Assembly: GCA_034530935.1 (NCBI GenBank)
Contig: JAVRCF010000137.1
Location: 1 to 14,573, forward strand
Origin: Aulosira sp. DedQUE10
Lineage (GTDB): Bacteria > Cyanobacteriota > Cyanobacteriia > Cyanobacteriales > Nostocaceae
Direction: 5' to 3'
DNA: 14,573 bases
Part shown: positions 13,818 through 14,573 of the stretch, in pieces
Layout of the letters: each line of letters opens with the position of its first letter
How positions within the stretch are numbered: the stretch's first letter is position 1
Translations under genes and position numbers: made by a program
Notes under the pieces: generated by a model
Seen by the model: the letters and a program-made list of their open reading frames with translations, nothing else
Told to the model about the DNA's origin: nothing
Database searches by the model: none

Positions 13818-13879
13818 CTTCACAGATGGAATGACGGTGTTGTGAAGGCGGGGTGCAGCTTACTGAAGTAGAATAGATT
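13818..13879. repeat. Direct repeat copy B (pairs with 13189-13260); forms the 5' leader region of the DUF433 gene
   Basis: CTTCACAGATGGAATGACGGTGTTGTGAAGGCGGGGTG...ATAGATT, aligned by hand to copy A (see the copy A feature). Confidence 0.6.
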
Positions 13880-13963
13880 GCTTGCAAAAGTGCCTAACGA
13901 CTAATATCATTTCACGAAATGCCTGATACAAATGATCAATCTCTAATTCTTTCCCCCTGTCCG

Positions 13964-13989
13964 TTGAGACGCGATTAATCGCGTCTCAA
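13964..13989. terminator. Perfect 26-nt palindrome TTGAGACGCGATTAATCGCGTCTCAA just 3' of the minus-strand CBM-like gene; hairpin terminator or dispersed palindromic repeat
   Basis: The sequence is self-complementary over all 26 nt, read directly. It lies 18 nt downstream of the stop at 14007. No U-tract follows on the minus strand. The GAGACGCGATTAATCGCGTCTC core is a motif I recall as recurrent in Nostoc genomes. Confidence 0.45.
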
Positions 13990-14006
13990 GCCAGCCCCCC
14001 TGCCTC

Positions 14007-14573
14007 TTAATTATTTGCTGGAACCAGTTCCACATCTGCACAGGAACCACCTGTCAGGCTATAGTCATCTACCTGAACCCAGCTATCTTGACCCAATGCC
14101 CAGAATCCTGTGAAGATATTGTACTGAGTTTTATTGCCGGTTCTAAATGATAGCGTCAGAGGCGTGTAGCGAGGTAAGCTACCAAACTTGATTTCTGAAA
14201 ACACCTTCTGCCTAGCATCTCGCACTCCAAAATAACCGTCTGTAACGTTGCCCGATGTGCGTATATATGCTGTTAACTTATATTGAGTGTTGGGTTGTAG
14301 TCTAACGCGTTGACGAATACCATTCCATCCAGAAGTATTCCGCATCCAGACATTGTTTTTACCCCCATTGCTGTAGCCCAATCCGATATCAACGCCAACT
14401 CTACCTTCTCCAACCCAAGGGCTGCTGAGTCTTTGTCTAGTCTGTGCTTCAAAGTCTCCACTTGTGAGGGGGGAAGTACATGAAGCTTGAGCCTGAGTAG
14501 AGCAGAAATTAAGGGCAGTTACAGCGGTTAAGAATACTGCTATTTTGCTGATAGAGAACTGTTTGCTAGCCAT
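14007..14573 (-). CDS. Secreted protein with a carbohydrate-binding-module-like beta-sandwich domain (CBM_4_9-like)
   Basis: 188 aa. It has a Sec-type signal peptide MASKQFSISKIAVFLTAVTALNFCSTQAQA. It also has GDFE...W...G near the domain start and a beta-rich pattern (YKLTAYIRTSG, YFGVRD, WVQVDDYSL) typical of CBM/galactose-binding-like folds. The ATG coincides with the last bases of the window, so a longer upstream start cannot be excluded. Confidence 0.6.
   Translation of the reverse strand: MASKQFSISKIAVFLTAVTALNFCSTQAQASCTSPLTSGDFEAQTRQRLSSPWVGEGRVGVDIGLGYSNGGKNNVWMRNTSGWNGIRQRVRLQPNTQYKLTAYIRTSGNVTDGYFGVRDARQKVFSEIKFGSLPRYTPLTLSFRTGNKTQYNIFTGFWALGQDSWVQVDDYSLTGGSCADVELVPANN

Overview
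This 14.6-kb segment looks like chromosome from a filamentous, Nostocales-type cyanobacterium. I counted nine perfect HIP1 octamers (GCGATCGC), an STRR-like heptamer repeat and several dispersed palindromic elements. All homology calls come from motifs I recognise by eye, because no searches were possible. There are eleven credible protein-coding genes. (1) On the minus strand at the left end are dndE and a 483-aa putative methyltransferase of the DNA-phosphorothioation-associated type. (2) dndD lies on the same strand but 6.9 kb away. (3) Between dndD and dndE sits a plus-strand block of four genes: a possible heme-oxygenase-like iron enzyme, a 7-TM PQ-loop/SWEET-like membrane protein, a Cache-HAMP hybrid histidine kinase, and a receiver-histidine kinase. 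(4) Divergent from dndD is an NLR/STAND-like locus. It consists of a 124-aa helical N-terminal-domain ORF and an NB-ARC-TPR ORF, in the same frame and separated only by one TGA plus 20 sense codons, and its TPR array has collapsed to about one unit. (5) At the right end are a solitary DUF433 (antitoxin-like) gene bracketed by ~60-70-nt direct repeats, and a secreted CBM-like protein. No dndA/B/C and no dndFGH/pbe/sspE-type restriction genes are in the window. Two tandem arrays with an exact 21-nt period (7 and 8 units) lie just 3' of the two outward-facing genes (methyltransferase and NB-ARC), in the same orientation relative to those genes. They therefore bracket the dnd/signalling/NLR region as inverted arrays. 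I saw no rRNA, tRNA, CRISPR array, transposase or integrase. The items most worth follow-up are the fragmented dnd locus with its uncharacterised methyltransferase, the stop-interrupted NLR-like gene with a possible membrane-targeting or amyloid-type N-terminal module, and the paired 21-nt arrays.
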